From: Vicugna vicugna
Taxonomy: Eukaryota
Assembly (NCBI GenBank): GCA_013265495.1
Contig: MU058540.1
Location: forward strand, 2,815,696 to 2,879,695
Direction: 5' to 3'
DNA: 64,000 nt
Every line of letters starts with the position of its first letter. Position 1 is the stretch's first letter. The translations under genes were made by a program, and so were the position numbers. Positions 62,513 to 64,000 of the stretch are shown here, piece after piece. The notes beneath the pieces were generated by a model. The model saw only the letters and a program-made list of their open reading frames with translations, did not search any database and was not told the DNA's origin.

Positions 62513-63782
62513 CTCTGGACAAAGGAAACACTACTCGAGCCTGTGTGTGAAACAGTTACAATCAGAGAAGTGGTGGTCAGCCCGCTGTGAATAAGCAGAG
62601 TACTTTACAGTATACAATCATATCTTCCATATGTCTTTCACAGCTACCCTGTGCATTTAGCAGGGTAGGGATGATGTATTAGCCCCATTTTACCGATGGA
62701 GAAAATAAGGTTCCTCGCAGGAACCCCAGAGCTCCCTGACTGTGGCCTCTTCTAGTCTGAAGTTGCAGTGGGCCTGACTCAAATGACTACATTTGGCTGA
62801 TGGGGCCGTGGTCTTCTAGAGTGGAAGGGACATGAAGGGTACAGACTCAGGTACGTTTGCACTGCAAAGACATAGGCTTGTTCTGTAAATGCACTGGTGG
62901 GCTCCACCTCAGGGCCTTTGATATTTAGGATTTTCCTCAATATCCTCAATACTTGCTTCCTCACCTTTAAATCTCTGCTCAAATGTCACCTCAGTGAAGC
63001 TTTCCTTGACTACTTTATATAAAATAATAGTTTTGTCTCTGGCATTCCCTGTTCATTTGCCGTATTATACTTTTTCCCCAAAGTACTCACAATCGTCTGA
63101 CACACATAGGTATATGTGTGCATATATTTTTGTTTTTTTCTTCCCCAGGAGGGAGGAGAAACAGGAGGGCATGGATTTGGGTCTGTCTTGTTTCCAGCTG
63201 TATCCATTGTGCTTTGAACAGTGCCTGGCACATGGTAGTACTCATTTGTTGAAGAAATGCATGAATGTCCTGAAAATCAGCCCCAGAAGCCACTGGGCCA
63301 GTGTGATCCCAGGGTGGTCATGGTTAAGCACAGGCAGTGCCCACGGCAGCTGCCCGCTCTGAACTTAACCATTGTGCTCCCTGCCGTCTCCACCACGTTC
63401 TAGCTCTGTGACCTTGGTTGAGTCACTTCCCTATCTGTGGCCTTGGTTTCCTCTTGCACAACAAGGGGATGATAGTGTCTGCCTCTTAAGGAAACAACCT
63501 GTGAAAAGCACCTAAATGGGGAATTTCCCAGAGTAAGAGCCCAATAAATGCGACTTTTTTCCCTCTTCCTGCAGGAAGTCCCAGTGGGAGTTTCTCTCTG
63601 GGTTTTCTCATTCTGTCTCACAGAGCCTGTTGTGTCTCCTGCACCATCTACCCCCAGACCCTCCAGGCCTGGCTCCCACACTCTGCAGGAGCACACACAG
63701 AGACATGCATGACTCCTGCCACCAGACCTAGCTCAGAGCTCAGGATGTCTACACCCGCTGCAGAGAGGGTGTGGATACTCAC

Positions 63783-63836
63783 CGTGCCAGAATTCACGTA
63801 TTTCTTTTTCTTCATTTTCTTTTTTGGGTTTACTAC
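63783..63836 (-). CDS. CPNE5: CPNE5 exon (end of C2B, polybasic stretch); the gene continues beyond the window
   Basis: gcag|VVNPKKKMKKKKYVNSGT|gtgagt; 54 nt. Confidence 0.96.
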
Positions 63837-64000
63837 CTGCAGAAAAAAACAGTTGCCAGGTAAGAAGGAGCGTTTCTAAGCAGTCAGGACTGACCCTTGG
63901 GTGTGGCCCCAGCCCCAGCAAGCAGAGTGTGAGAGGTGAAAACCAGGGGTCTGACGGAGGGGTGTTCAGGGAGGTTTTGTGAGAGACTGGTACATAGATT

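Overview
Mammalian (eutherian) genomic DNA matching the conserved CDKN1A-RAB44-CPNE5 block (human 6p21.2 synteny, from recall). On the + strand lie the two coding exons and 3'UTR of CDKN1A (p21, 164 aa) and a complete 13-coding-exon RAB44 (982 aa by my exon assembly, with one GC-AG intron). On the - strand lie the last nine exons of CPNE5. Between RAB44 and CPNE5 is an intact, single-coding-exon class A GPCR ORF (45904-46932, 342 aa, galanin-receptor-like). It sits where I recall the human pseudogene GPR166P and has degenerate DRY and NPxxY activation motifs; this is the best candidate for an undescribed system. Other notable points: a natural Ras-F28L-equivalent substitution in the RAB44 GTPase domain, a near-perfect 294-bp tandem duplication directly after a RAB44 splice donor, a degenerate two-LTR endogenous retrovirus in a RAB44 intron, and a CDKN1A poly(A) signal provided by an L2 tail. 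Repeat family names come from remembered consensus sequences, and repeat boundaries are approximate.
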